From a bacterium (GTDB taxonomy: Bacteria > Zhuqueibacterota > Zhuqueibacteria > Zhuqueibacterales > Zhuqueibacteraceae): a DNA stretch of 38,237 bases. A model generated the notes under the pieces. It worked only from the letters and a program-made list of their open reading frames with translations, did not search any database and had not been told where the DNA came from. Shown piece by piece: positions 9,501 to 17,979 of this stretch. The translations under genes and the position numbers were made by a program. Numbering within the stretch: position 1 is the first letter of the stretch; each line of letters starts with the position of its first letter. The stretch lies in NCBI GenBank assembly GCA_044869275.1, contig JBIOXB010000249.1, positions 1 to 38,237 of the forward strand, read 5' to 3'.

Positions 9501-10111
9501 TTTGTCGCGAGCAGTATAATGTTTGCGTAATTGCGCCAACCGAGTTGATAAGCCCACTTATGAATACGCAAAGCGAGATTCAAGGGGAGTCTTTTTGATC
9601 CTTTGATATATCGTGGCTCTTCCACGACTCGAATGTCCTTGAATCCCACATCATAAGCGATCATGTGCAAACTTTGTCTTCCAAAAGGGCGGATATGAGT
9701 ATAGTCATCGCGCCAAAATTGCAGTTTCCAGCGCATGATGTCAGGAGTCAAGCAAATGATACGGCCGCCGGGTTGCAGCACTCTCTTGCACTCTTGTAAA
9801 GCCAGAAACGGCTCTCGCATATGCTCCAAAACTGCATGCATGTGGATCACGCTAAAAGTGTTATCGGGAAAAGCCATTCCCGAACAAATATCCTGCCTTG
9901 AAACCTGATAACCATTGCCCCTGGCGATGCGGAGAGCATCGATATCGATGTCAATGCCGATGGTTTGATCATGAGCTACTCTTAAGAATCTACCGGCGCT
10001 GCATCCCACTTCCAAAATCTTGCCTTTTGTTTCGCCAAGAAATTGATGCCAGTAAAAAATCTCCGTGTGCGACAAGGGTAATTGTTCATAGTGTTGGGCA
10101 TAAAAACTCAT
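9497..10111 (-). CDS. Class I SAM-dependent methyltransferase (Methyltransf_11-like)
   Basis: ILEVGCSAG, AVLEHM, RVLQPGGRIICLTP and DDYTHIRPF. Confidence 0.88.
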   Translation of the reverse strand: MSFYAQHYEQLPLSHTEIFYWHQFLGETKGKILEVGCSAGRFLRVAHDQTIGIDIDIDALRIARGNGYQVSRQDICSGMAFPDNTFSVIHMHAVLEHMREPFLALQECKRVLQPGGRIICLTPDIMRWKLQFWRDDYTHIRPFGRQSLHMIAYDVGFKDIRVVEEPRYIKGSKRLPLNLALRIHKWAYQLGWRNYANIILLATK

Positions 10112-10124
10112 ATTCTTTCACCAA

Positions 10125-10375
10125 TCATAATGAAGAGACATTATTTGAATGAAAAAATCGTTCTGGTTCCAGGACCAGTAACTCTTTCGTCAACACATTT
10201 GCTCCCACTTGCAGACGATACACGTAAGCTCCCGCAGCCACCGGAATTTTTCTGTCGTCTTCGCCATCCCACGCCACGAATTGGTCGCCCGGTCTTTTTC
10301 TGAATTCTCCCAAAACCGCAACTGCCGGCCATGTAGATCATCAATGATGCGCTCCACGTGATGGCGCGGCGACAA
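10125..10375 (-). pseudogene. Frameshifted remnant of a FlgD-Ig / secretion C-terminal domain
   Basis: HVERIIDDLHGRQLR in one frame continues as PGDQFVAWDGEDDRKIPVAAGAYVYRLQVGANVLTKELLVL in another. Confidence 0.65.
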
Positions 10376-10394
10376 CGCAAGAGGCCATCAATAA

Positions 10395-11735
10395 TTAGAA
10401 AATCATAGGTCGGGACATGGCATCCAGCTTGGCCCAGATGATCCGCGCAAAATTCAGAGGATCCCCGCGGCGGCGCCAAATGCCCGCAAGACTCAACTGC
10501 ACAGTTTTGTGCATTTGCCGAGCTTGGATGACAGCGGCCAAGAGCAGGCTCAATGCCATTGCAATGGCAGCCCCCAGAATCCCGAGTTGGGGGAGTAATA
10601 CCCAATTGGCGAAGGCGTTGAATAAGGTGACCATCCAGGCGAACCGGAAATTGATCTTCGGCTCGCCCAAGCCGAGCTGCAGTATCGAGCCCACGACTCC
10701 CCAAGGCAAAACCAGCGCTCCAACGGCGAGCCAGCGCAGCAGGGGGGCGGCTCCGCTGTACTTGCCGTGATAGAGAATCTCGAGCAGGGCTTCGCTACCG
10801 GCAAACAAGAGCAGGTGAAAAGGCAGCAAGGCAAGAAACAGAAAGCAGATGCTCTTTTCTGCCAGTACTCGAATTTCTTCGCGCTGGTGCAGCGCATGGA
10901 AGCGTGAGACCAAAGGCAATAAAACAACCTGTGCGGCTTGCGAGACCAAGTTATAAAAGCGGAAGATGATTTTTCCAGCACTGTAAATCGCGACCTGCAC
11001 CGGGCCATAGAAATAGCCGATCAAAATGGCGTCTAACTGCGCGTAAAAGGAATTTGCCAAACCGGCACCAAATGAGTATTTCCCAAAAGACCAAAATTGC
11101 CGAACGCGTTGCCCATGCAGTTTCCAGCCGGCCCGGTACAGAACTTTTCGTGTCAGTATTCCGGCGGACAGCGAAGAACCGGCAGCGGCAATAACATTGA
11201 TCCAAATGACCTGGCGGGCATCCGCGAGCGCGCTAAACCTCTGCCAGAGCATGAGCAGCAAGAGCGAACCCAGAAAATAAACGGCGTCGATAAAGAACAG
11301 GTGGCGAATGGCATGGCGGGCGATGCAAATTTGGCTGGCAAGATTTTTCCAATAAAATGCGATCAAGAGAAACGGCATCAGCCCAAGCAATCGCTGCAAA
11401 TCCGGCGTTCTCATTAAGGTAGCAATGAGCGCAGCGCCCCCAAAGCCAGCAAGCGCGAAAATTGACAACAACAAGAAACTCAACAAAAATGCCGTCGGAA
11501 TGGCCCATTCCGCTCCTTCCCCTTCGGCCAGAAATTTTGCCAAGGGGACGTGCACCATGGTGGTGTCCACCATCTGCACAAAAAAAAAGACTGACTGAAA
11601 CAACACCAGCAGGCCAAACTCACTCGCGGGCAATACGCGCACAACGGCAAAAATGAACCCTAAACCGTAAACGACAGGCAGCGCTTTGTCCAAACCCGCC
11701 CACATGCTCTGCCTGAGATAGTTGGCCAATTTCAT
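10395..11735 (-). CDS. Wzx-like oligosaccharide flippase (MOP superfamily)
   Basis: About 12 or more TM helices; RVLPASEFG, QLDAILIGYFYGPVQVAIYS and LLPQLGILGAAIA; first gene of the glycosylation operon. Confidence 0.9.
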   Translation of the reverse strand: MKLANYLRQSMWAGLDKALPVVYGLGFIFAVVRVLPASEFGLLVLFQSVFFFVQMVDTTMVHVPLAKFLAEGEGAEWAIPTAFLLSFLLLSIFALAGFGGAALIATLMRTPDLQRLLGLMPFLLIAFYWKNLASQICIARHAIRHLFFIDAVYFLGSLLLLMLWQRFSALADARQVIWINVIAAAGSSLSAGILTRKVLYRAGWKLHGQRVRQFWSFGKYSFGAGLANSFYAQLDAILIGYFYGPVQVAIYSAGKIIFRFYNLVSQAAQVVLLPLVSRFHALHQREEIRVLAEKSICFLFLALLPFHLLLFAGSEALLEILYHGKYSGAAPLLRWLAVGALVLPWGVVGSILQLGLGEPKINFRFAWMVTLFNAFANWVLLPQLGILGAAIAMALSLLLAAVIQARQMHKTVQLSLAGIWRRRGDPLNFARIIWAKLDAMSRPMIF

Positions 11736-12146
11736 AGCTTCAAACGAATATGAGTTTCTCCACGAGAAAGATTCTAATCATGTCTCGCACCAAGTTTCAC
11801 GTGAGTTGGATTGAATTAAAAGGTATGCAATTTCTTCAACGCCAAAAGCAAACCAGCAGGCTGCTATTACGCAGTACACCGATTGAGCCCGTATCCTAAC
11901 CTCGAAGCCGGATGGCACACGCTTCTAAATGGTCGAAATCAAATGACTTGTTTCTACACTGCGCGAGATCTTATATTCATAAGATGGTATGGAGAGGCTA
12001 CACTGTAAAAACCGTACCGCTTTACAAAAAGGTACGAAATTATTTTGCTATAAACAAATCAAAGTAGTGGGATAGCACTTGCCATCATTTTATGAGCGCT
12101 CTCCTCGACGTTTTCAAGAAGTTATTTTTCACATCCGGGAGAAAAA

Positions 12147-15100
12147 ATGAAAATCAGCACCCGCCGAGCTCTCGCCGTGATAATGTGTTCTACTGCACAT
12201 TTTACTTTTGCTCAAACTGCTTGGCAAAAATATCAAGGCAATCCCGTGCTTACTCCGGCTGCCGGCTGGGAAGCCGCTGGTGTTTTCAACCCGCGGGTCT
12301 TGAAGGTGGATCAGGTGTATAAAATGTGGTACACGGGCATGGGCCAAAACTGGCAAATCGGATTGGCAACTTCACAGGATGGTGTCAATTGGAACAAATC
12401 ACCTGCCAATCCCGTCTTGCGTAATGGGCAGGCGGGTGATTTCGATTTCCAGCATGCCTATATCAGTATGGTTATTTTTCATAACAACCAATACTGGATG
12501 TGGTATTCTGGTCATGATGGAGCGAAGTGGCAGATTGGCTTAGCTACCTCGCCTAATGGCGTGAATTGGACAAAGTACTCCGGCAATCCGGTTCTAAGGG
12601 TGGGCGACAGCGGAGAATGGGATGAGAGCAATATTTACTCTCCCTCTGTTGTTTTTGATGGTCAGTCATTTAAGATGTGGTATAATGGCTCAAGTCCTAA
12701 ATTTACGGCTGCCAGCGGGCTCGCGACCTCTGCCGATGGCATTCATTGGGAAAAGCATCCTGAAAACCCGGTGCTGGCGCCTCTTCCGAATTCCTGGGAG
12801 TCGCATGCGGTAGGACTAAACGTTCCACTGCTTATCGATGGTATTTATCATGGCTGGTACGGAGGATATGACGCCTCACAAGCCACGCAGCTTGGCTATG
12901 CTACTTCTGATGATGGGGTGCATTGGCAACGCTACCCCCACAACCCCGTCATGTCACCCGGAAGCAACGGAACCTGGGATAGTGGCAAATTGGGCGGCTT
13001 ATCGGTCTTATTCGAAGACAATCGGTACAAAATGTGGTATGGTGGCTATGGCAGCACCTGGCAAATCGGCTACGCCGAATCCGCTGCTGGTGAGGCGGAT
13101 GATTTTGCTCTGCAATTCGACGGCGTGGATGACCGCGCCAGCTTGCCCAAAAACTTCGTCAGCACGCCGGATGCGATCACTATGGAAGCTTGGGTCAAGT
13201 ATGCTTCGCATAAAGGCTACCTGCAGGCGGTGAATTTAGAAGGCGCGTATGTGTTATCTCTGAATCGCTTTGCTGCGGGCACGTTCACGCCCTTCTTCGA
13301 TGGCGCAACCATCAATGGCAATGATTTCGCCTACGGCGCGAATTTGAACGACAATCAATGGCACCATCTCGCTGCCGTGCATGCCCACGGGACGCTGCAG
13401 GTATTCATCGACGGCGTTGGGGTTGGTGGTGTACAGGAGGCTCTTTATGACATCAACTTGCTGGATCGCGCCTCCACAATCGGCGCGCAATTCGACGGCT
13501 CGGAATTCCATTTCGAAGGAATCGTTGATGAAGTGCGCGTGTGGAATGTGGCGCGCACGGTGGGCGAGATTCAAGACAATATGCATCGTGCTCTCAAAGG
13601 CAGTGAACCGGGGCTGATCGGCGATTGGCGGCTGGGCGAGGGTCAAGGCCAGTTCATACAAGACAGCAGCCCCTCCGGATTTCATGGCCACCTTGGTTCT
13701 TCTCCACAAAGCGATGCTTCGGACCCAACATGGGTTTTGGCGAATCGTGACGCTAGCGGTTGCACGGGCATTCCCCTGCCTGCCGCCGAAGCATATGGCA
13801 ATCTCAACAATCAAAATCAATCTCATCCCGACAAAGTCAGCTATTGCTTTCCCGGCCAAACCGGCGACAAATACCTCACTTTCGAGGTTTTTGATATCGA
13901 TCAACCCGATGAAGTCGATCTGCTGTTGAACGGTGCACACGTTTTGGATATTCCCGTGACCGCCAACAACGGCTGGAGCGCACTGATTGGCGTGTTGCTG
14001 TCCAATGCGCAAATGCACGACGCTCTGGACAATGAACTGGTATTCGACAACAAAAAGAATCCGCCCAATTCGTGGCGCTGGGGCGTGCGCCGTGTTTCCC
14101 TCGATCCGTTTTATGCCCTGCCTTCGCCCGCGGCCTATGGCAGAATTCGCAACGGCGACCAAACGCATGTTGACAAAGTGGTTTACTTTTTCTCCGGCAG
14201 GCCCGGCGATCTCAATTTGTCCTTTGAGGTGTATGACATCGATCACAGCTACGAGGTCGAGGTGTGGCTCAACGGAGTGAAAACTCACGACGTGGCGACT
14301 ACACCAAATGAAAGTTGGAGTGCAGCATGTACGCTGCTTTTGCCGGACGATTGCGTGTATGATAATGCCATCAATGTGCTCATTTTCGAAAACACGCAAA
14401 ATCCTCCGCGCGAATGGTTCTGGGGCGTAAGAAATGTCGGTCTCGCACCGGCCGCAGGTTCTTCCATGACCATCAACCCCACGGCGACCATGCGCGTGAG
14501 CGGCAGTGGCGTTAAAGACAGCGAGTATTTGCTGGATGGACGAGTTATGCCGTTGGCGCGGCCGCAGGGAGACGTGGGCGAGCCTTCAGATCCGAACGAT
14601 TATGTGATCGAAGGTGCCACCACCATTGCACCCAACGGGCATGCGATGGTCGAATTTCCTTTGGCGCAGCGTTTTGATTACCTCGCGCTTGATCCGGAAT
14701 GGCATTCCAATCGTTATTTCAGCTATCGCGTTGAAGCTTCCATGGACGGCAATACTTGGCACACGATACTTGACCGTAGCCAGGTTTTCTCGCATGGGTC
14801 GCAACTGGTATCTTTGCCCAATACGCACGCACGTTTTGTACGGCTGAGCGGGACAAGCTGTGTGGTTAACGTCGATTCGCTGCAGGCATTAGGCTTGAGT
14901 GAAGAAGCGTATTGGCAGGCACACGCGGCCTTGCTGCGCCGGGCTGCGCCGCAAGATTTAGCCCTGGCAGAGTTGGCTTTCATACAAACACGCTCGACCG
15001 TGGAAGTGCGCGAACCCGTTGCCGCGCCCCCGGCAGCTTTTCATTTGGCGCAAAACGTACCGAATCCATTCAATCCCTCGACGCAGATTCGCTTCGATCT

Positions 15101-15296
15101 GCCGTTTGCCGGTCACGTGCAGTTGGCGGTTCATAATCTGCGCGGCGAATTGGTGCGCAAGCTGGTCGCCGGAGAATTGCCGGCAGGCAGCCACAGTTTT
15201 GTGTTCGATGGAAGCGGTTTGGCCTCGGGAATTTATCTCTATCGCTTGCAAGCAGAAGGATATGCGGCCGTGCGCAAGATGTTGCTGGCAAAATAA
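12147..15296 (+). CDS. Secreted multidomain protein: 5-blade beta-propeller glycosidase-like + LamG + duplicated beta-domain + discoidin-like + secretion tail
   Basis: Signal peptide; five 'YxMWYxG...IGLATSxDGxxWxKxxxNPVL' blades; LamG motifs (QWHHLA, FEGIVDEVRVWNVART); 'SYRVEASMDGNTW'; tail QNVPNPFNPST...SGIYLYRL...RKMLLAK. Confidence 0.85.
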   Translation: MKISTRRALAVIMCSTAHFTFAQTAWQKYQGNPVLTPAAGWEAAGVFNPRVLKVDQVYKMWYTGMGQNWQIGLATSQDGVNWNKSPANPVLRNGQAGDFDFQHAYISMVIFHNNQYWMWYSGHDGAKWQIGLATSPNGVNWTKYSGNPVLRVGDSGEWDESNIYSPSVVFDGQSFKMWYNGSSPKFTAASGLATSADGIHWEKHPENPVLAPLPNSWESHAVGLNVPLLIDGIYHGWYGGYDASQATQLGYATSDDGVHWQRYPHNPVMSPGSNGTWDSGKLGGLSVLFEDNRYKMWYGGYGSTWQIGYAESAAGEADDFALQFDGVDDRASLPKNFVSTPDAITMEAWVKYASHKGYLQAVNLEGAYVLSLNRFAAGTFTPFFDGATINGNDFAYGANLNDNQWHHLAAVHAHGTLQVFIDGVGVGGVQEALYDINLLDRASTIGAQFDGSEFHFEGIVDEVRVWNVARTVGEIQDNMHRALKGSEPGLIGDWRLGEGQGQFIQDSSPSGFHGHLGSSPQSDASDPTWVLANRDASGCTGIPLPAAEAYGNLNNQNQSHPDKVSYCFPGQTGDKYLTFEVFDIDQPDEVDLLLNGAHVLDIPVTANNGWSALIGVLLSNAQMHDALDNELVFDNKKNPPNSWRWGVRRVSLDPFYALPSPAAYGRIRNGDQTHVDKVVYFFSGRPGDLNLSFEVYDIDHSYEVEVWLNGVKTHDVATTPNESWSAACTLLLPDDCVYDNAINVLIFENTQNPPREWFWGVRNVGLAPAAGSSMTINPTATMRVSGSGVKDSEYLLDGRVMPLARPQGDVGEPSDPNDYVIEGATTIAPNGHAMVEFPLAQRFDYLALDPEWHSNRYFSYRVEASMDGNTWHTILDRSQVFSHGSQLVSLPNTHARFVRLSGTSCVVNVDSLQALGLSEEAYWQAHAALLRRAAPQDLALAELAFIQTRSTVEVREPVAAPPAAFHLAQNVPNPFNPSTQIRFDLPFAGHVQLAVHNLRGELVRKLVAGELPAGSHSFVFDGSGLASGIYLYRLQAEGYAAVRKMLLAK

Positions 15297-15311
15297 TGCC
15301 CTGCATCTATG

Positions 15312-15419
15312 GATTTGCCACAGTGTGGCAAATCTTCTGGCGCTGTGAGTGCCATACACCGATGAAGTTCCCTTGAAATTCAAGGTTTACGCGTGTTTTT
15401 CGCCTGGTACGGCCTTTGT
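15312..15419 (+). promoter_or_regulatory. Perfect palindromic operator plus sigma54-like element upstream of the OMP gene
   Basis: gatttgccaca-g-tgtggcaaatc (15312-15334), ccttgaa-a-ttcaagg (15371-15385) and TGGTAC-GGCCT-TTGT (15405-15419). Confidence 0.4.
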
Positions 15420-15441
15420 AGAAATGATCGGCAGCAAGATA

Positions 15442-15556
15442 TAACCCGGAGAAACCGGAAACGAAAAACCCAAAGCCCAAAGCCCAAATTTGGTATTGAA
15501 TTTTGCGCTTTGGATTTTGGATTTCTTTGCTCAAAAAGCACAGATTTCACAGATAA
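15442..15556. repeat. Intergenic heptamer-period palindromic repeat with ccggaNaaNccggaa tag
   Basis: cccaaag-cccaaag-cccaaat...ttttgcgctttggattttggattt; related to 32546-32716; followed by cacagattt-cacagat. Confidence 0.7.
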
Positions 15557-15597
15557 TGGAATAGTTCCTAGATGATGAATACCTCAGGAGGATCATC

Positions 15598-16209
15598 ATG
15601 AAGATAGCGAAACTGCTTTCGGCTGCCGGTGTGATCGTTGCGATGCTCGGTCCACAGAGCGCCACGGCGCAAGACAAGTCCGAACCGCAAGAGAAATCCG
15701 AGCCAAAATATTCCAACATCGGCTTGAAGCTCAATCTCGGCCTGGGTTCGCAAAGCTTTACCGCGTCGCAGGAGCTGGAAGAAAACGGAGCGGCTTCGTT
15801 GAGCCTGGGTTACGGTGTTTCGCAGCGTGTGACGCTGTGGCTGGGCGCGCAAACCGGCGAATTTCAACATGTGCAGGATCCGCTGTACAAGAGCGATTGG
15901 GTTGGTTTGGAATTCGACGTGCAATACAAGCTGCAACCGGGGAAAAGATTCCGTCCGTACGGAAAAATTGGCCTGGGTACGGCTTTTCTTGGCGACGATG
16001 AGACCAAGGACGTGCTAAACGGCGGCGGTGTGGCTTGGGCGCTGGGTGCGGAGTATCGCCTTGCCCGCTTTCTCTCCGTGGGCGCGGAGCTTTATTGGAA
16101 GGATTTTGAGTACACCCAAAAACAGGTTGGCGAAGACGACTTCACGGATTTGCCGAGTGCCTTGGAAGGGAATACCCGCGGATTCATGCTGAATTTCACC
16201 TTGCATTAA
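15598..16209 (+). CDS. Outer-membrane 8-stranded beta-barrel protein (OmpA/porin-like)
   Basis: SD aggagg; signal peptide; amphipathic strands FRPYGKIGLG and LGAEYRL; C-terminal strand LNFTLH. Confidence 0.8.
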   Translation: MKIAKLLSAAGVIVAMLGPQSATAQDKSEPQEKSEPKYSNIGLKLNLGLGSQSFTASQELEENGAASLSLGYGVSQRVTLWLGAQTGEFQHVQDPLYKSDWVGLEFDVQYKLQPGKRFRPYGKIGLGTAFLGDDETKDVLNGGGVAWALGAEYRLARFLSVGAELYWKDFEYTQKQVGEDDFTDLPSALEGNTRGFMLNFTLH

Positions 16210-16243
16210 AATGTGCCCCGTGCGCGGGTTTTATCATAAATCG

Positions 16244-16280
16244 AGGCCGGAATGCGTGTCGCATTCCGGCCTTTTTATTT
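16244..16280 (+). terminator. Intrinsic terminator
   Basis: 12-bp stem aggccggaatgc/gcattccggcct followed by ttttattt. Confidence 0.85.
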
Positions 16281-16341
16281 TCGGAAAAGTTGTTTACTTT
16301 TTCTGCCGTGTGGCGTATAAGGCTAAAAGATTTGGAGCAGA

Positions 16342-16467
16342 ATGTTCTTGATCATCTGGCAATTTGAAATTGACGGAGCGCACGCCGAAGAGTATCTCCG
16401 GCTCGACCAGCGCTGCGAGGCACTCACCAAGCACGAGACCAAGATCGGCGAATTCACGCTCGACTGA
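16342..16467 (+). pseudogene. 41-aa internally deleted ABM (antibiotic biosynthesis monooxygenase)-like ORF
   Basis: ggag RBS, then MFLIIWQFEIDGAHAEEYLRLDQRCEALTKHETKIGEFTLD*. The two halves resemble the two ends of ~100-aa ABM proteins. Confidence 0.55.
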
Positions 16468-16518
16468 TGTTTTCGCTATAACTTCCACACTGGCGCTTTT
16501 TATCACACGAGGGTGACC

Positions 16519-16848
16519 ATGCAACTTTCCATGACGACCACGACTTTCAATCTCGACGGCTATCGCGTGACCAGAAATCTCGGTGTAGTGCGCGGCATTA
16601 CCGTGCGCTCGCGCTCGATCTTCGGCACCATCGGTGCCGGTCTGCAAACCCTGATCGGCGGCAACATCAGCTTGTTTACCGAGCTCTGCGAAAAGACGCG
16701 CAATGAAGCGTTCAGCATGATGGTGGCACATGCCGAGCAGCTCGGCGCGAATGCGGTTATCGGCGTCCGCTACGACGCCAATGAGATCATGCAGGGCGTG
16801 ACCGAGGTGCTCTGTTACGGTACAGCCGTGTATGTCGAGCGCGCCTGA
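16519..16848 (+). CDS. ybjQ: YbjQ (UPF0145) family protein
   Basis: TTT...[17 protein letters not shown] and EVLCYGTAV. Confidence 0.93.
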   Translation: MQLSMTTTTFNLDGYRVTRNLGVVRGITVRSRSIFGTIGAGLQTLIGGNISLFTELCEKTRNEAFSMMVAHAEQLGANAVIGVRYDANEIMQGVTEVLCYGTAVYVERA

Positions 16849-16981
16849 ATGTTTCGGGCAAGATGATTTGGTGGCAAAATAAGCTCAAATAACCAACCAA
16901 TGTTAAAGTGAAATATTTAACGTCTTAGGCTCTGCCGGCTGATTTGATCTGCTTGGCACATCATACTGCAAAACACTCAGC

Positions 16982-17090
16982 AGACAGAAAGATGAAGGGC
17001 AGAAAAATGTTTGCCCCAGCTTCATCTTGTCGCTTCAACTTGCCTGACATGATGCCAACCGCCATTTTTCTGACTCTCATTTTTCTGTCT
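16982..17090. repeat. Inverted repeat pair of cagaaaaatg units
   Basis: 16982-17009 and the reverse complement of 17063-17090 match at 24/28 nt. Confidence 0.75.
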
Positions 17091-17149
17091 TGGCTTTAGT
17101 TCAAGCCAACTCAACATTGTCAAACTGATTCCAGCATAGCTGTTTTGCC

Positions 17150-17288
17150 CTAACAGGTTGCTGAAGAACTCACAAATCACCCAAGATTGTCATTCCCGCG
17201 AAAGCGGGAATCCATGATTTCCTTGCATTTTCTGGATGCCCGCTTTCGCGGGCATGACATCAAAAAGTGTTTTTCAGCATCCTGCTAA
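17150..17288. mobile_element. MITE-like element with CTAA target duplication enclosing a REP doublet
   Basis: ctaa|caggttgctgaagaac...gtttttcagcatcctg|ctaa; inner inverted pair tgtcattcccgcgaaagcgggaatcca (17188-17214) / tggatgcccgctttcgcgggcatgaca (17233-17259). Confidence 0.75.
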
Positions 17289-17333
17289 ATAGTTTTGCTT
17301 TCTAATCTGCACCTAAATTGTAATGTTCATCTC

Positions 17334-17699
17334 ATGAAAAGTGCACGCGCGAGAAATAAGCTTTTGACTTTGACAATTTCATTGTTGCTTGCCGCCGGGA
17401 GCAGTGCATGTGAGTTTCAATGGCCAAAAGCCGCGCCGCCCATAGCCACTGCCAAATTCGCGCAGGTGTATGTAGGATTGTTGCAAGCTACAGTGGGAGA
17501 CAGCTTGGCGCCGGCCAGAGCCGACTCGGTATTTCAGGCCCATGGTGTGGCACGGAAAGATTTCGCAGCCGCTTCGCAGTATTACAGCGAAAAAGCCGAG
17601 CAATGGGGCGAGGTTTTGAGGCTCGTGGTGGCGCAGCTTGATTCACAAATGGCCGGAGAAACGCGAAGGGCGCCGCAGGATTCTGTCGGGCGGGAATGA
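17334..17699 (+). CDS. Small lipoprotein, DUF4296-like
   Basis: Hydrophobic signal ending GSSAC; 'DSVFQAHGV.RKDF..ASQYYSEKAEQW.EV...VV..LDS' pattern. Confidence 0.6.
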   Translation: MKSARARNKLLTLTISLLLAAGSSACEFQWPKAAPPIATAKFAQVYVGLLQATVGDSLAPARADSVFQAHGVARKDFAAASQYYSEKAEQWGEVLRLVVAQLDSQMAGETRRAPQDSVGRE

Positions 17700-17911
17700 T
17701 GGTTTTCGCGGGATGATGAAAAAGGCCAAAATGGTTTGTAGTTTGTTGAAAGATTTATCGTTCGGAACAAGGTCGATCCGCATCTTATAAGTCCTGTCGA
17801 AAACAACGCGGCCGCCCAGGGGCATATGTTTTCAGCTCGTCTGAAAATCCGAGGTTGCCAAATTTTTAGGCATAAACTCCTCTGGTAGAATTGAGGACTC
17901 TCCCCAACATC

Positions 17912-17957
17912 AAAACGAAAGGCCTATTCACATTCTGAATGAATGCGAATAGGCCTT
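17912..17957 (-). terminator. Terminator of the tol-pal operon
   Basis: aaggcctattc(g/a)cattc inverted repeat followed by ttcgtttt on the minus strand. Confidence 0.7.
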
Positions 17958-17979
17958 GCAGATTTTTCTCAAAGAACCC

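Noticed and set aside
16294..16731. 145-aa minus-strand ORF
   Set aside because: Antisense to ybjQ and the ABM-like mini-ORF.
17643..17873. Minus-strand ORF with in-frame TGA (MPKNLATSDFQTS*KHMPLGG...) as a selenoprotein or readthrough
   Set aside because: No redox motif, no SECIS-like hairpin, no recognisable family, and it lies after the tol-pal terminator.
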